Of a stretch of 64,000 bases of DNA, positions 50,896 through 63,170 are shown piece by piece; the stretch's first letter is position 1; the number at the start of each line of letters is the position of its first letter. The stretch spans positions 49,038,637 to 49,102,636 of the forward strand of contig NC_068987.1 in NCBI RefSeq assembly GCF_001194135.2. Reading direction: 5' to 3'. Both the position numbers and the translations under genes were made by a program. A model generated the notes under the pieces. That model saw only the letters and a list, made by a program, of their open reading frames with translations. It did no database searches and had not been told where the DNA came from. The stretch is from Octopus bimaculoides (lineage: Eukaryota).

Positions 50896-51189
50896 TTTAT
50901 AATGGTAGATTTCCATGTATTACACTGTTAAATGTTGCCCCAAAGAAACATTGTTCACTCAACCCTTCTTAACAACTTGGTATCTGTTTCATTCAGCCTG
51001 TTTTCTGTAACTTTCATAAATATCCATATATCAGTATATAAATATATATAGTGCAGCAGGTATGAAAAATACCCCTGTATTTTAAAATCATTGGATAGAT
51101 TTAATTCCCATCTTGGGGATATCTTGTTTATTATTGTTATGTACATTATACATACATACATACAGATAAACATACATGCAAACATACAT

Positions 51190-51293
<104 letters not shown>

Positions 51294-52674
51294 GGATGTA
51301 TGCATATATATATATAGAGAGAGAGGGAGAGATATAGATAGATAGATAGATAGATTGATAGATAGATAGATAACCCAATAGGGTTAACCAAACTATATAT
51401 GCATACACACACGTGTGTACACACATACGCACTCTTGTTTATGATAAATATTTTATTTCTTTATAACTGATAATTTGTCAGTTGCTTGACTTTTCTTTGC
51501 AATTAGTCACAGTAGAATTGTAATGTTTAATGTTATATCATAATAACATTATGTTATATCATAATAACATTATACACACATACATGCACACAAATATAAA
51601 TGCATGTGAGCATGTGAGAAAACATATAAACGCATGCATTCATAATGATATAAATATATAAACGCGCATATACACACACACACACATACACAGACACACA
51701 GACACACACACATGATTATATATAAATACATACATATACAGTATAAAACTTATCAAATTTGTTTATTTTCTGATACCATTCCTAGAGAAGCGAAAGTTAG
51801 CAGCAACCTAAACCATCTAAACTAAGACATAACTGAATTATGTGTGAGTGTGTGTATACATACATGCACACATACATAGATATAAATGTGTGTGTATGTA
51901 TAAACACACATTACAAAAGTCTATTTTTTGTCTAGCTTAAATTAGGCAGTAAATCCTCAGGAGAATTCTGGCTTTTTCCAGAATCAAATCAACTTCCAGG
52001 AATTAAAAACAGATATTTATTTTTCTTGGAGAGAGATCCTCTGTGGAGTTTGTATATATATATAAACTCTGCTCATATTTAAATATATCAAGTCATATTC
52101 ATTTGTATTTAGTTTTGTTGTGTGATTAATACCCACAAGTGTTGTTTTTAGCAACTTCAAATTGGGATAAAACCAACCAGCTTTCATAGTTAAGTTACTC
52201 ACCCCAGTTCAATTATCTCTACATTCCAACAAAAGAACTGAGCAATAGTAGGTTTTGTGCCAGGTACAACTTCTTTACATAAAGGTAACATTAATACAAA
52301 CAAGGTTGACAGTTTGATAAAAACTTCTACACAACCAACATGGCAAGCCACTTTGTACTGGCTTTCTAGTAATTATATGTAAATTTAACTCTCGTTTTTT
52401 TTCATGTTATGATGGTTTTTACCTAGTTCTTATTATCTATAATTCAACTTGTTTTGTATTGTTTTATCAGTTTATATTTTCTTCCATTTTTCTTTTTCTT
52501 ATTTAAATAGGTAAGAAAGGGATGTGTTAGTGAGATATTAAGTAACACCTCATGAATTCATTACCACTGCGCATATTTTATAAGGTCACTTGCCAGGATA
52601 GTTTTATGTAGTTGTTTAATCATTTCCCTCCTGCTCCTCCTGCTCCTCCTCCTCCTCATCATCATCACCATCAC

Positions 52675-52719
<45 letters not shown>

Positions 52720-52721
<2 letters not shown>

Positions 52722-52925
52722 AGGTGAGAATCTGATTCAGCAGACAAAATGCATAGGGGTATTTTCACCCCTCTTTACATTCCGAGTTCAAATTCTGCTG
52801 AGGTCAACTTCGCCTTTCATCCTTTTGGAGTTGATAAAATAAATTCAAGTTGAGCACTTGGAATCAAGGAAAATCGACTAGCTGCCTCCTCAAAAATTTC
52901 AGGCCTTGTGCTTATAGTAGAAAGG

Positions 52926-52970
<45 letters not shown>
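52720..52970 (+). mobile_element. SINE family B with (ATT)n tail
   Basis: CCGAGTTCAAATTCTGCTGAGGTCAACTTCGCCTTTCATCC...GTAGAAAGG followed by (ATT)n. Confidence 0.8.
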
Positions 52971-53183
52971 GCCTTTGCACAGCTTCTAACACTGGAGATG
53001 TACTACGGTGTCAGCTGTTCACTACCAGTGAACTAAGGTAACACCCCTTATTTTTTGAGTGCCTTCCAGTGTATTCAAGTGGTTCCAAGCAGTGCTGTTT
53101 TCTGCAAGTGCTCTACCCTTATTGCAGCCCCTATTTGATCCATGTACTTCTCAAGATTATTATTATTATCATTATTATTATTA

Positions 53184-53264
<81 letters not shown>

Positions 53265-53267
<3 letters not shown>

Positions 53268-53835
53268 TTGAGTGAGTGAGAGAGCAGTGCAAGTCATCAA
53301 AGTGACACTGGGGTACAAATATACGAAGCCCATTGTACCCATCATAAAAACCCATCTGATAAGGGTACACCATGCACATGCATCACAACTATATATGCGC
53401 AACATGGTAATTTCATATCAAGATAAACAGCACATGACCTTGCAGGTGGGGCCTAGTTGAAATTTTCTTCAGGTCGAGTAGCCTATTCCACTCAAATGGT
53501 CCTTGAATAAAGCTTGTTTAAGGATATTGAGTGAAACATCCATGTTTCCAGAGATGAATTATTCAAACCCCAAAGAATTCCTCTCAACGCATAGTTATGA
53601 TGCTTCCCACTACTTCTACTTGTGATCAGAGATGCACATATCATCAGCCACCAAAGGACATATTCAACTGGTTAAGGTCAAACAACTGACAAGCAAATCT
53701 GTGGTATTGAGCAGAATATTTGCTGTAGCCCATCTTTTATACCAAGATAATACAATGTACAAGATAACACTTCCAGTCAGTTAAGATCAGAAGTCATGAG
53801 AGCCAGTGCCTGGTACTGCATCAGAGCATTTATTA
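53265..53835. repeat. Unclassified ~570-bp probable interspersed repeat embedded in (TTA)/(TAG)n tracts
   Basis: Non-coding block of moderate GC with (TTA/TAG)n upstream and TTATTATTATTATC downstream; I recognise it only tentatively as a repeat. Confidence 0.45.
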
Positions 53836-54722
53836 TTATTATCATTTTTATTATCATCATCATCATTCTAATGATTATTTTCGTTTAGTTTTCTAGGAAT
53901 AAATACCAATTATTTGTTGAAAATGTGTTGTTTTCTTTAGAATGATCTCATATTTAGGGAAGGTGCAGCACTTGATAGTTTAAAATTGAGGCACCAGACT
54001 AAAGGTGAGGTTATTATTCATATATATATATATATCGATAATATCAATACAGAAATTTGTTTTTCCTATGTACCTGATGCATGTGTCATACTTAAGAGAA
54101 AGAAATTGTTGAAAGAAATTTTGTTGCTTAAATAAAAAATTTTAACTATATCTCTTGTAATTTCTGGAAGGGATTTGAAACCACCACCTATGTGTTGTAT
54201 TACTACTCCTCAACACTCAGGACTACTGGGTCACCAAATCAGCAACAATCTTAATGAGAAAATTAAGATACTTAAATCTGACACAATGTTTAGGACTAAG
54301 CAAACTTTAGGTTAGTTAAAATATGCCTGTGATATATTTTAATGGCTAAAGGCAAATTCACTGTAGTTTCAATAGAAAAAAATTCTCTCTTATGGTAAAA
54401 AAAAAATGTAAAATCGCCATATCCTCAGTCGGATTACCAGAAATCAATGTTTCTAGCTCTTTCGCCATTATCAATGAGAATAACTGTGGAGATGCAACTC
54501 TGGACTGATTTAATCTGTTGTGGCTTTAACTAAAATACAGTCAACAACATTGACTGATTTACACCAGTAGAGCACCAATGTCATGAAAATTACAGTAATA
54601 TTGGTGTGAAGCAGCGTTTAGGCATAAGCGAACTTTAGTTTAGTTAAAATATGTTTGTGACATATTTTAACTGCTGAAGGCAAATTTACTGTAGTTACCA
54701 CGGAGAAAAAAATTCTTATATA

Positions 54723-55950
54723 CAGGGTGCGTAAGATATTTGAGGACAGATTTATGTTTATAAAAAACAGATATATAATAACAGATAATAACTTTATTTA
54801 TCAAAAAATGCTATGAGGATAAAAATAAGCCTTTCCTATAATGTTATTCAATAAAGCCACCTTCAGCTTCAACAACTGCTTCTATATGAGATCTAAATCA
54901 TTTGCATACTCGAATTAAGTGGTCCTGGTTCATTTTGGACATTACTCTGACTATGGCAGCTTTCAAAGAATCTTTGGTGTTATGGGCGTGTTCATTGACC
55001 TCTCTCTCAACAACGTTCCACATGTAATAGTCCAATGAATTGAGATTTTGGGAATTATGAGGCCAAATGTTATGGGTTATGTGATCATGAAAATTTTCAG
55101 CCAGCCATTCCTGTGTTACTAGAGCCATGTGTGATAGTGCAGAGTCTTACTGAAAGACATATGGCCTTCCATTGCATGCACTGTCTATCCAGGGCTTAAC
55201 AATTGTTTCCAGAACCTCAATATAGGTGGCAGAGTTAACTCTAAGGCCTTGTAAAAAGAAGTAAGGAGACATCACATGTTCTTCATTGCTGACAACCCCT
55301 AAAACCATGACAGTTGCAGGAAATTTTGTATGCATGACACTTGGAACTTCAGAAAGGTCTGCACATAACCATCTGTCATTTCTTCTGTTTGATCTTGGTC
55401 AAAGTTTTTCTTGTTTGAAAAAAATCAAATGAAATCTTCTGCTGGATTTTTCAATTTGTTTAAGAACCTTTTTGATCTGATGTAGTGATTTTCTTTTACT
55501 TTTCTGACAAATTGACCTTTCCTCATCCATATAAGACTTAAATCTGATGTCTCCGTGGACAACATTTCTGACTGTTCCTTCTGACACATGAAGATCTTTC
55601 TAGGATTGTAATCAATGGTCTGTTGAACTTGCTGGATAAATTCAGGTGTTCCGATGATTTCAGAGCATTTAGAATGCTTTTTAAGCTTTGATACTGGTGA
55701 TACATTTCCATCTTCAGTCTGTAGCTCCTTCCAAACTTTATAGATGAAAGATCTGGCAACTTTAAAAATCGAGATATTTCTAAATCTCTATACTCAGCCT
55801 TTATAACCAGAATAACAGCATGCCTCTTCATTTCTTGAGTAAGCTGAGGGTCTGCCATTATTATTTCCTGAAGCAAAGATTATACAGAGTTAGCAAAAAA
55901 TGCAGCAATGATCCAAAAAAGGTATGTCCTCAAATACCTTATGCACCCTG
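54723..55950 (-). mobile_element. Full-length inactivated maT (DD37D) transposon
   Basis: TIRs CAGGGTGCGTAAGATATTTGAGGACA / TGTCCTCAAATACCTTATGCACCCTG. Minus-strand transposase HTKFPATVMVLGVVS...PYVFQ*DSALSH...WPHNSQNLNSLDY has 37 residues between the last two D. Confidence 0.93.
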
Positions 55951-56500
55951 TGTATGTATATATATATATATATATNNNNNNNNNNNNNNNNNNNNNNNNN
56001 NNNNNNNNNNNNNNNNNNNNNNNNNNNNNNNNNNNNNNNNNNNNNNNNNNNNNNNNNNNNNNNNNNNNNNNNNNNNNNNNNNNNNNNNNNNNNNNNNNNN
56101 NNNNNNNNNNNNNNNNNNNNNNNNNNNNNNNNNNNNNNNNNNNNNNNNNNNNNNNNNNNNNNNNNNNNNNNNNNNNNNNNNNNNNNNNNNNNNNNNNNNN
56201 NNNNNNNNNNNNNNNNNNNNNNNNNNNNNNNNNNNNNNNNNNNNNNNNNNNNNNNNNNNNNNNNNNNNNNNNNNNNNNNNNNNNNNNNNNNNNNNNNNNN
56301 NNNNNNNNNNNNNNNNNNNNNNNNNNNNNNNNNNNNNNNNNNNNNNNNNNNNNNNNNNNNNNNNNNNNNNNNNNNNNNNNNNNNNNNNNNNNNNNNNNNN
56401 NNNNNNNNNNNNNNNNNNNNNNNNNNNNNNNNNNNNNNNNNNNNNNNNNNNNNNNNNNNNNNNNNNNNNNNNNNNNNNNNNNNNNNNNNNNNNNNNNNNN

Positions 56501-56536
<36 letters not shown>

Positions 56537-56540
<4 letters not shown>

Positions 56541-56900
56541 TTGACAACACCCTTCATATCCCACCAAACATAGAGATTAACTTTTTACAAGTGTAGTCTT
56601 GGTGTAGAAATGGACTCGCATCTTTCATTGGGTGCTGAACATTATTGTTTTCATTGGATGTGATTATAGAGAATCCACTTTTCATCACTTGTAATGGTTC
56701 TACTCAGGAAAGGTTTGGTAGCAAGTCTATCTATTCTTCAATGACAAACAGAAGACAACTCTTTGATTAAGTTGATAATCAAGTTAGAGAATGAGGGACT
56801 CACTATCAAGTTTGACACTTTTCCTAGTTCATGAAGGTGTTTTATGATCAAAGTATGACTTGGATTGAACTACTTTTTAGCTCTTGTTTGCTTTGGGTTT
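56537..56900 (-). mobile_element. Mariner transposase fragment
   Basis: Minus strand FLSRTITSDEKWILY...WWDMKGVV; the remainder probably lies in the adjacent gap. Confidence 0.8.
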
Positions 56901-57068
56901 TCCTTGGTGGTCCAGATCTGCAAGAAAAAAAATTTCCTGAAAATAAATCATCTCTATAGGCAGCTGAACGGCTATTGGCTGTGGGACCCTCATATATTGA
57001 GGTCAACAGGAGAATCCACTACATATGCATGTATATACATACATGGTTATACTTATGTATATGTACGT

Positions 57069-57228
57069 GCAGGTGTGGCTGCATGGTTAAGAAATTCACT
57101 TTACAACCACATAGTTTTGAATTCAGTTCAACAGCACAGTGCCTTGGGCAAGTATCTTTCACTGGATCCTTGGGATGACTAATGCCTTGTGAATGAATTT
57201 GGTAGACAGAAACTGTATGGAAGCCTAT
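57069..57228 (+). mobile_element. SINE family A head
   Basis: GCAGGTGTGGCTGCATGGTTAAG...CCTTGGGCAAGTATCTT...GGTAGACAGAAACTG. Confidence 0.78.
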
Positions 57229-57287
<59 letters not shown>

Positions 57288-57291
57288 ATAT

Positions 57292-57660
57292 ATCATCATC
57301 ATCATCATCATCATCGTTTAACGTCCGCTTTCCATGCTAGCATGGGTTGGACGATTTGACTGAGGACTGGTGAAACCAGTTGGCTACACCAGGCTCCAAT
57401 CTGATTTGGCAGAGTTTCTACAGCTGAATGCCCTTCCTAATGCCAACCACTCAGAGAGTGTAGTGGGTGCTTTTACATGTCACCCGCACGAAGGCCAGTC
57501 AGGTGGTACTGGCAACAGCCATGCTCAAAATGGTGTATTATATGTGCCACCCGCACAAGAGCCAGTCCAGGGGCACTGGCAACGATCTCACTCGAAAATC
57601 CTTACACGTGTCACGAGCACAAGTGCCAGAAAGGCGACGCTGGGCACAGGTGCTATCCCG
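57292..57660 (-). mobile_element. RTE 3' UTR with three ~65-bp tandem units
   Basis: RTE terminus plus tandem units, as at 11936-12290. Confidence 0.9.
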
Positions 57661-57806
57661 ATGCTATATATATATGTATATGTGCATGTGTGTGTGTGTG
57701 TGTATGAATAAAAAGCCAATGATCGAAACAAATGTAAGATAAAAGAATATATATATATGATCCATATCTGACAATAGAGAGCAGTCACCATATTCCCAGC
57801 CGTATC

Positions 57807-57898
57807 GGCTAACTCTGATGAACATAAGGTTATATAATTGGATTGTTATCTAATACTCCATTGTATTCCTTGTGTGAAACTGATTGGTAAGATCAGCC
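57807..57898 (+). ncRNA. Type I hammerhead ribozyme motif with no nearby RT
   Basis: Stem I GGCTAACT/AGATCAGCC; CTGATGA (57815-57821); stem II ACATAAGG/CCTTGTGT; GAAAC (57876-57880); short stem III; GTA triplet at 57887-57889. Confidence 0.75.
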
Positions 57899-57939
57899 AT
57901 GATGGAGATATAATACTATACATTTTGGATAATATATAT

Positions 57940-59366
57940 ACGGTATTTGCAGGGGGTTATGTTTCTAGAGCACCTCCGAATAATGCAAAACCTATAAATG
58001 TCAAAATATAACGTAAAATATTATATATATATATGATATTTAATAATAATTTAATAAAATGTATGATCACTCTCCAATAATGGATGATATTGATTTAAGA
58101 TGATGATGGTGATGATAAAAATAATGAAGGTAATGACTGCACAGAAAAGAAGATTTAAAGCTCTTCAGGTGATGCCTCTTCATCAGGTGTTTTAGGGGAT
58201 GTTGTATCTTCTTGCAAGTCTTTCTTGGTGGGCTTGAGGAACATTGTGATGAAAAATTGCTGTTGAAGGTGGTGTTAGCAGGGAGGAACTCAACTTGGAC
58301 TCCTTCATGATTCAAATCCAAAGAGTGACCACCATAATTAGCCATAACAAGCAACACCTTGAATTCCATGTATATGCTTTGAGGTATTCCTTGGCTTGAA
58401 GAATGAAGCATTGGTGGAGCCAATTCACTGTTAGACTTTGGGCAATCCAGGTCTTGGGGTTGTGCATCCAGTGGACAGGCAGCAGGATTTTATTCTTATT
58501 TTTGAAGGCCCTCAGGTTCGTGAACTTGTACGTTCTGGAAGGCATCTTCTTCCAGAACAAGCCAGTCTCATCCATATCGAAAATTTGTTCTGGCTTGTGT
58601 CCCATCTCCTTGATAATCTGCCTGAAGGTCTCAAGGTACTTTTTGGTGGCGTCTTTGTTGGCCGATGCTGTCTCTCCATGCAGGGAAACATACTTTATTT
58701 TAAACCATTTCTTGAAACGGTCAAACCCTCCCTTGCTGGCTTGAAAATCTTTGGGCTCCGGTGCTGTCCATGGTCTTGGTTGAGGTTCTTTGATGCCTTC
58801 TTCTTCATCTCCTCTGTTGAACCGCTGGTATAGTTTCTATGCTTTCTCATGGATGATGATACCACTCAAGGGAATGCTTTTCTTCTTGCAGTTACTGATC
58901 TACAATGCCAAGGTTGATTCCGTCCTGACCAAGTGCTTATTTCTCACTGTTGTTATCTTTTTAGCACTTTCACAGAAACTTATTGCTACAGTTGACCTGA
59001 TCGCTATCTCATTCTTCTTTATGTAGCGTATAGTGCTTTCACTGACATCATAACAACGATCTGCTGCAGCATAACTTTTACCTTCTTGGAGCATATCCAG
59101 CAGTTGTACCTTCTCATGGAACATCATAACCTTCTTCTGGCCCTTAAGTTCACTGCCAGTAGCCTTAAAAGGTGTAGGGCATTTGGGTGGAATCTTAGGG
59201 CTTTAATAACATGCTGTGAAAAGCACAGCACTCAACAAAACACTTGAGATAGCTACTGGATGCAGTTTCCCCCCCCCCCCAAAAAAAAAAACGTACAAAG
59301 AAATCTTCCTTGCATCTAATATACGCATACCACCGAATGGGAGATTAAGCAGAAATTAAAAATAAT
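57940..59366 (-). mobile_element. Tigger/pogo transposon remnant
   Basis: CENP-B-type HTH (EKVQLLDML...VSESTIRYIKKN), FQASKGGFDRFK, QIFDMDETGLFWKKMPSRTY, W.HNPKTW, VEFLPANTT; internal deletions. Confidence 0.9.
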
Positions 59367-59746
59367 NNNNNNNNNNNNNNNNNNNNNNNNNNNNNNNNNN
59401 NNNNNNNNNNNNNNNNNNNNNNNNNNNNNNNNNNNNNNNNNNNNNNNNNNNNNNNNNNNNNNNNNNNNNNNNNNNNNNNNNNNNNNNNNNNNNNNNNNNN
59501 NNNNNNNNNNNNNNNNNNNNNNNNNNNNNNNNNNNNNNNNNNNNNNNNNNNNNNNNNNNNNNNNNNNNNNNNNNNNNNNNNNNNNNNNNNNNNNNNNNNN
59601 NNNNNNNNNNNNNNNNNNNNNNNNNNNNNNNNNNNNNNNNNNNNNNNNNNNNNNNNNNNNNNNNNNNNNNNNNNNNNNNNNNNNNNNNNNNNNNNNNNNN
59701 NNNNNNNNNNNNNNNNNNNNNNNNNNNNNNNNNNNNNNNATATATA

Positions 59747-59780
<34 letters not shown>

Positions 59781-60030
59781 GTCAATTCAAACATGAACAA
59801 GCAAGAAAAAACATGAAAAAGCAAAACAATGCGAGGACGTGGAATAAGTACAGTGTTATTGGACGCTCAGGAAAGGAAAGAGAGACCGGGAGGAAGAGAG
59901 AGAGAGATATAGTAGTGAAAGGAAGAGGTGAAGAACAACAGAAGGAAGAACGAGAGGGGGAAAAAGATACAACGATAGATAGAGTGCGCATCAGAAATAT
60001 GAAGTTAAAACTTACTTGCAAAAAGGACTC

Positions 60031-60065
<35 letters not shown>

Positions 60066-60071
<6 letters not shown>

Positions 60072-60245
60072 ATGATGGCTGCCTCCTCGTTATCGAGTAT
60101 GGCCATTGTATGAGGCTTAACTTAATGGTGCTGTGATCGAATGTGACTTTTTAGCCCAGCCAAAGATCTACAATGTCTTGCACAGAGTTGGCATCCAAAA
60201 CCTTTACTGGCAATAGCTGGCTGTTGTTGTAATTGGGCTCCATGT
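60066..60245 (-). mobile_element. 3' end of a second RTE family with a C-terminal C2H2 finger
   Basis: Minus strand GFGCQLCARHCRSLAGLKSHIRSQH, then a short UTR ending GCAGCCATCATCATC. Confidence 0.7.
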
Positions 60246-60250
60246 ACCTT

Positions 60251-60320
<70 letters not shown>

Positions 60321-60727
60321 ATATATGCATATATATATATATATTTGTGATAACATGTCTGTCTGATCTATGTTTATGATAAGTGGAAGAATTTAAGACA
60401 CACCTGTATCTGACATGGTGTACTTTGTACTGAAAACAAATTGCTGTCAATGTCCAACTTATGATCACAGTTTCACAAGTAAATTAGGTAAAAACCTAGG
60501 CGTTGATTTAAAACCTTTATTTATCACACATAAATATGTTACATACTTCAACCATATGCTACACATTTCCACTATAACTATGTATTGAGGACACTTATTA
60601 TTTTGTAGTAATGTGTAAATATAGTGTGTGTGTGTCTGTGTGTGCATCTGTGCGTCAGTGTGTGAATGTGTGTGTATAAATGGTTAAGAAATCTAGTAAG
60701 TAATCATGAAGTCCTTAAGTTTGATCT

Positions 60728-60793
<66 letters not shown>

Positions 60794-61172
60794 NNNNNNN
60801 NNNNNNNNNNNNNNNNNNNNNNNNNNNNNNNNNNNNNNNNNNNNNNNNNNNNNNNNNNNNNNNNNNNNNNNNNNNNNNNNNNNNNNNNNNNNNNNNNNNN
60901 NNNNNNNNNNNNNNNNNNNNNNNNNNNNNNNNNNNNNNNNNNNNNNNNNNNNNNNNNNNNNNNNNNNNNNNNNNNNNNNNNNNNNNNNNNNNNNNNNNNN
61001 NNNNNNNNNNNNNNNNNNNNNNNNNNNNNNNNNNNNNNNNNNNNNNNNNNNNNNNNNNNNNNNNNNNNNNNNNNNNNNNNNNNNATATATATATATATAT
61101 ATATATATATACGCTAAACTCGCACATACATGCCTCTCTCTCTCTCTCTCTCTCTCTCTCACTACATATATA

Positions 61173-61221
<49 letters not shown>

Positions 61222-61397
61222 TTTTAGAGTTTCTTTGCATGTAGTAAACTTCCCAAACTGCTAAGAGAAGGGATCATATGCCCTGTCCATAAAGGAAGAA
61301 GCAGAGCAGATGTTAAAAATTACAGGCCTATCTCTCTAACTTCACATGGGTCATGGAACGCATTGTTAGAAGCTGATCATGTTCCTGGAAGAAAATA

Positions 61398-61722
61398 GTG
61401 GTACTTCGTTGGTTACGATGACCAGGGTTCCAGTACATCTGATCAAAGGAACAACCTACTCATGAAATTAATGTGCAAGTGGCTGAGCACTCTACAGACA
61501 CATGTATCCTTAGTGTAGTTCTCAAGGAGATTCTGCATGACACAGAGCATGACAAGGCCAGCCCTTTGAAATACAGGTGGTATTCATAATTTCCAGCTGA
61601 GTGAAATGGGACAATGTGAAATAAAGTGTCTTGCTCAAGGACATAACGTGTCACTGGGAATTGAACTCATGACCTTAGATCATGAGTTGAACATCCTAAC
61701 CACTAAGCCATGCACCTTAACT
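61398..61722 (-). mobile_element. tRNA-derived SINE (family E) inserted in CR1 with 12-bp TSD
   Basis: Minus head GTGCATGGCTTAGTGGTTAGG...GAGTTCAATTCC; TSD TGGAAGAAAATA at 61386-61397 and 61723-61734. Confidence 0.88.
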
Positions 61723-62585
61723 TGGAAGAAAATAACTTGCTCACAAACACACAAGATGGCTTCCATTCAGGAAAGAGCTGTCTTACACAGCTATTACAGC
61801 ATTATGATAGGATACTGAAACAGGTGCTCAACCACTTATATGTGGAGGTGATCTATCTCGACTTTGAGCAAGGCCTTTGACAGAATTGATCATGGGATAT
61901 GTCACAAACTCCATGATCTTGGTAACACAGGAAAACTGGGAGAGTGGCAGCATAACTTTCTAAAAGACAGTTGCAGCCAATGGTGCTCTCTCTGGGGAGA
62001 CATCAATTCACAATGGAGTCCCTCAAGGAGCTGTACTGGGACCACTATTGTTTGAGGTGCTCTCTCAAACATGCTCTTCATCATACAATCAGCCACACTC
62101 ACCAACTATGCCGGTGATAAAAATGTATCATAGGCAGTCAAGGACCTTGATGATGTACTGAAACTGCAAAATGACCTGCATGCAGTATGCAAATGAGCAG
62201 ATGAAAATAATATGCAGTTTGGTGCTGAGAAATTTCAAACACTACTATCTGCCCACAAATAGACTGCATTTGAAATACACAGGTATAGGGAGTAGTGCAA
62301 TCCCAGAGTCAGTGTGTGACCTGAGAATCCACATGAGTAATGATGCAACATTCCATGTGCATATTACCAAGATAGCAAGATTGTGAGAACTTTGGTTCTC
62401 AGTCATCTGGATTACTGTTCCCAGCTGTGGTCACCACAGAGCATCAAACTGGTGGTGGAACTTGAGTCAATTGAAAGCCAAAACACAAAGAAGATTGACT
62501 CAGTGAAACAGATGAGCAGCTGGAAGACGCTAAAAGAACTGAAGCTCTGCTCCCTAGAGAGAAGGCATAAAAAATATGCAGTGAT

Positions 62586-63170
62586 CATCATCATCATTAT
62601 CATCATCGTTTAACGTCTGCCTTTCATGCTAGCATGGGTTGGACAATTTGACTGAGGACTGGCAAACCAGAAGGCTGCACCAGGCTCCAATCTGATCTGG
62701 CAGAGTTTCTACAGCTGGATGCCCTTCCTAGCACCAACCACTCCGAGAGTGTAGTGAGTGCTTTTACGTGCCACTGGCATGAGGGCCAATCAGGCGGTAC
62801 TGGCAATGGCCACACTCAAAATGGTGTTTTTTACATGCCACCTGCACAGGAGCCAGTCCAGTGGCACTGGCAATGACCTCGCTCGAATGTCTTTTCATGT
62901 GCCACCGGCACAAGTGCCAGTAGAATGACGCTGGTAAGGATCACGCTCAAACGGTGCTATTTACATGCCACTGGCACAGAAGCTAGACAGCTGCTCTGGC
63001 AATGATCACACTTTGACGGTGCTCTTAGCGCTCTACTGGCACAGGTGCCAGTCTTCGAATTTGGTTCAATCACGATTTCGATTTCACTTGCCCCAACAGG
63101 TCTTCACAAGCTGAGTTTGGTATCCAATGAAGGAGAGGGTGGCATGCGTGCCAGTCGTCGAATTTGGATC
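62586..63170 (-). mobile_element. RTE 3' UTR (4-5 tandem units) inserted in CR1
   Basis: (CAT)n terminus, ~65-bp array and part of the ~100-bp unit; the CR1 frame resumes at 63171. Confidence 0.9.

Noticed and set aside
60404-60429. Possible 26-nt minus-strand microexon (TTTTCAG ... CAG|GTGTGT)
   Set aside because: It is too short to distinguish from chance without RNA data.
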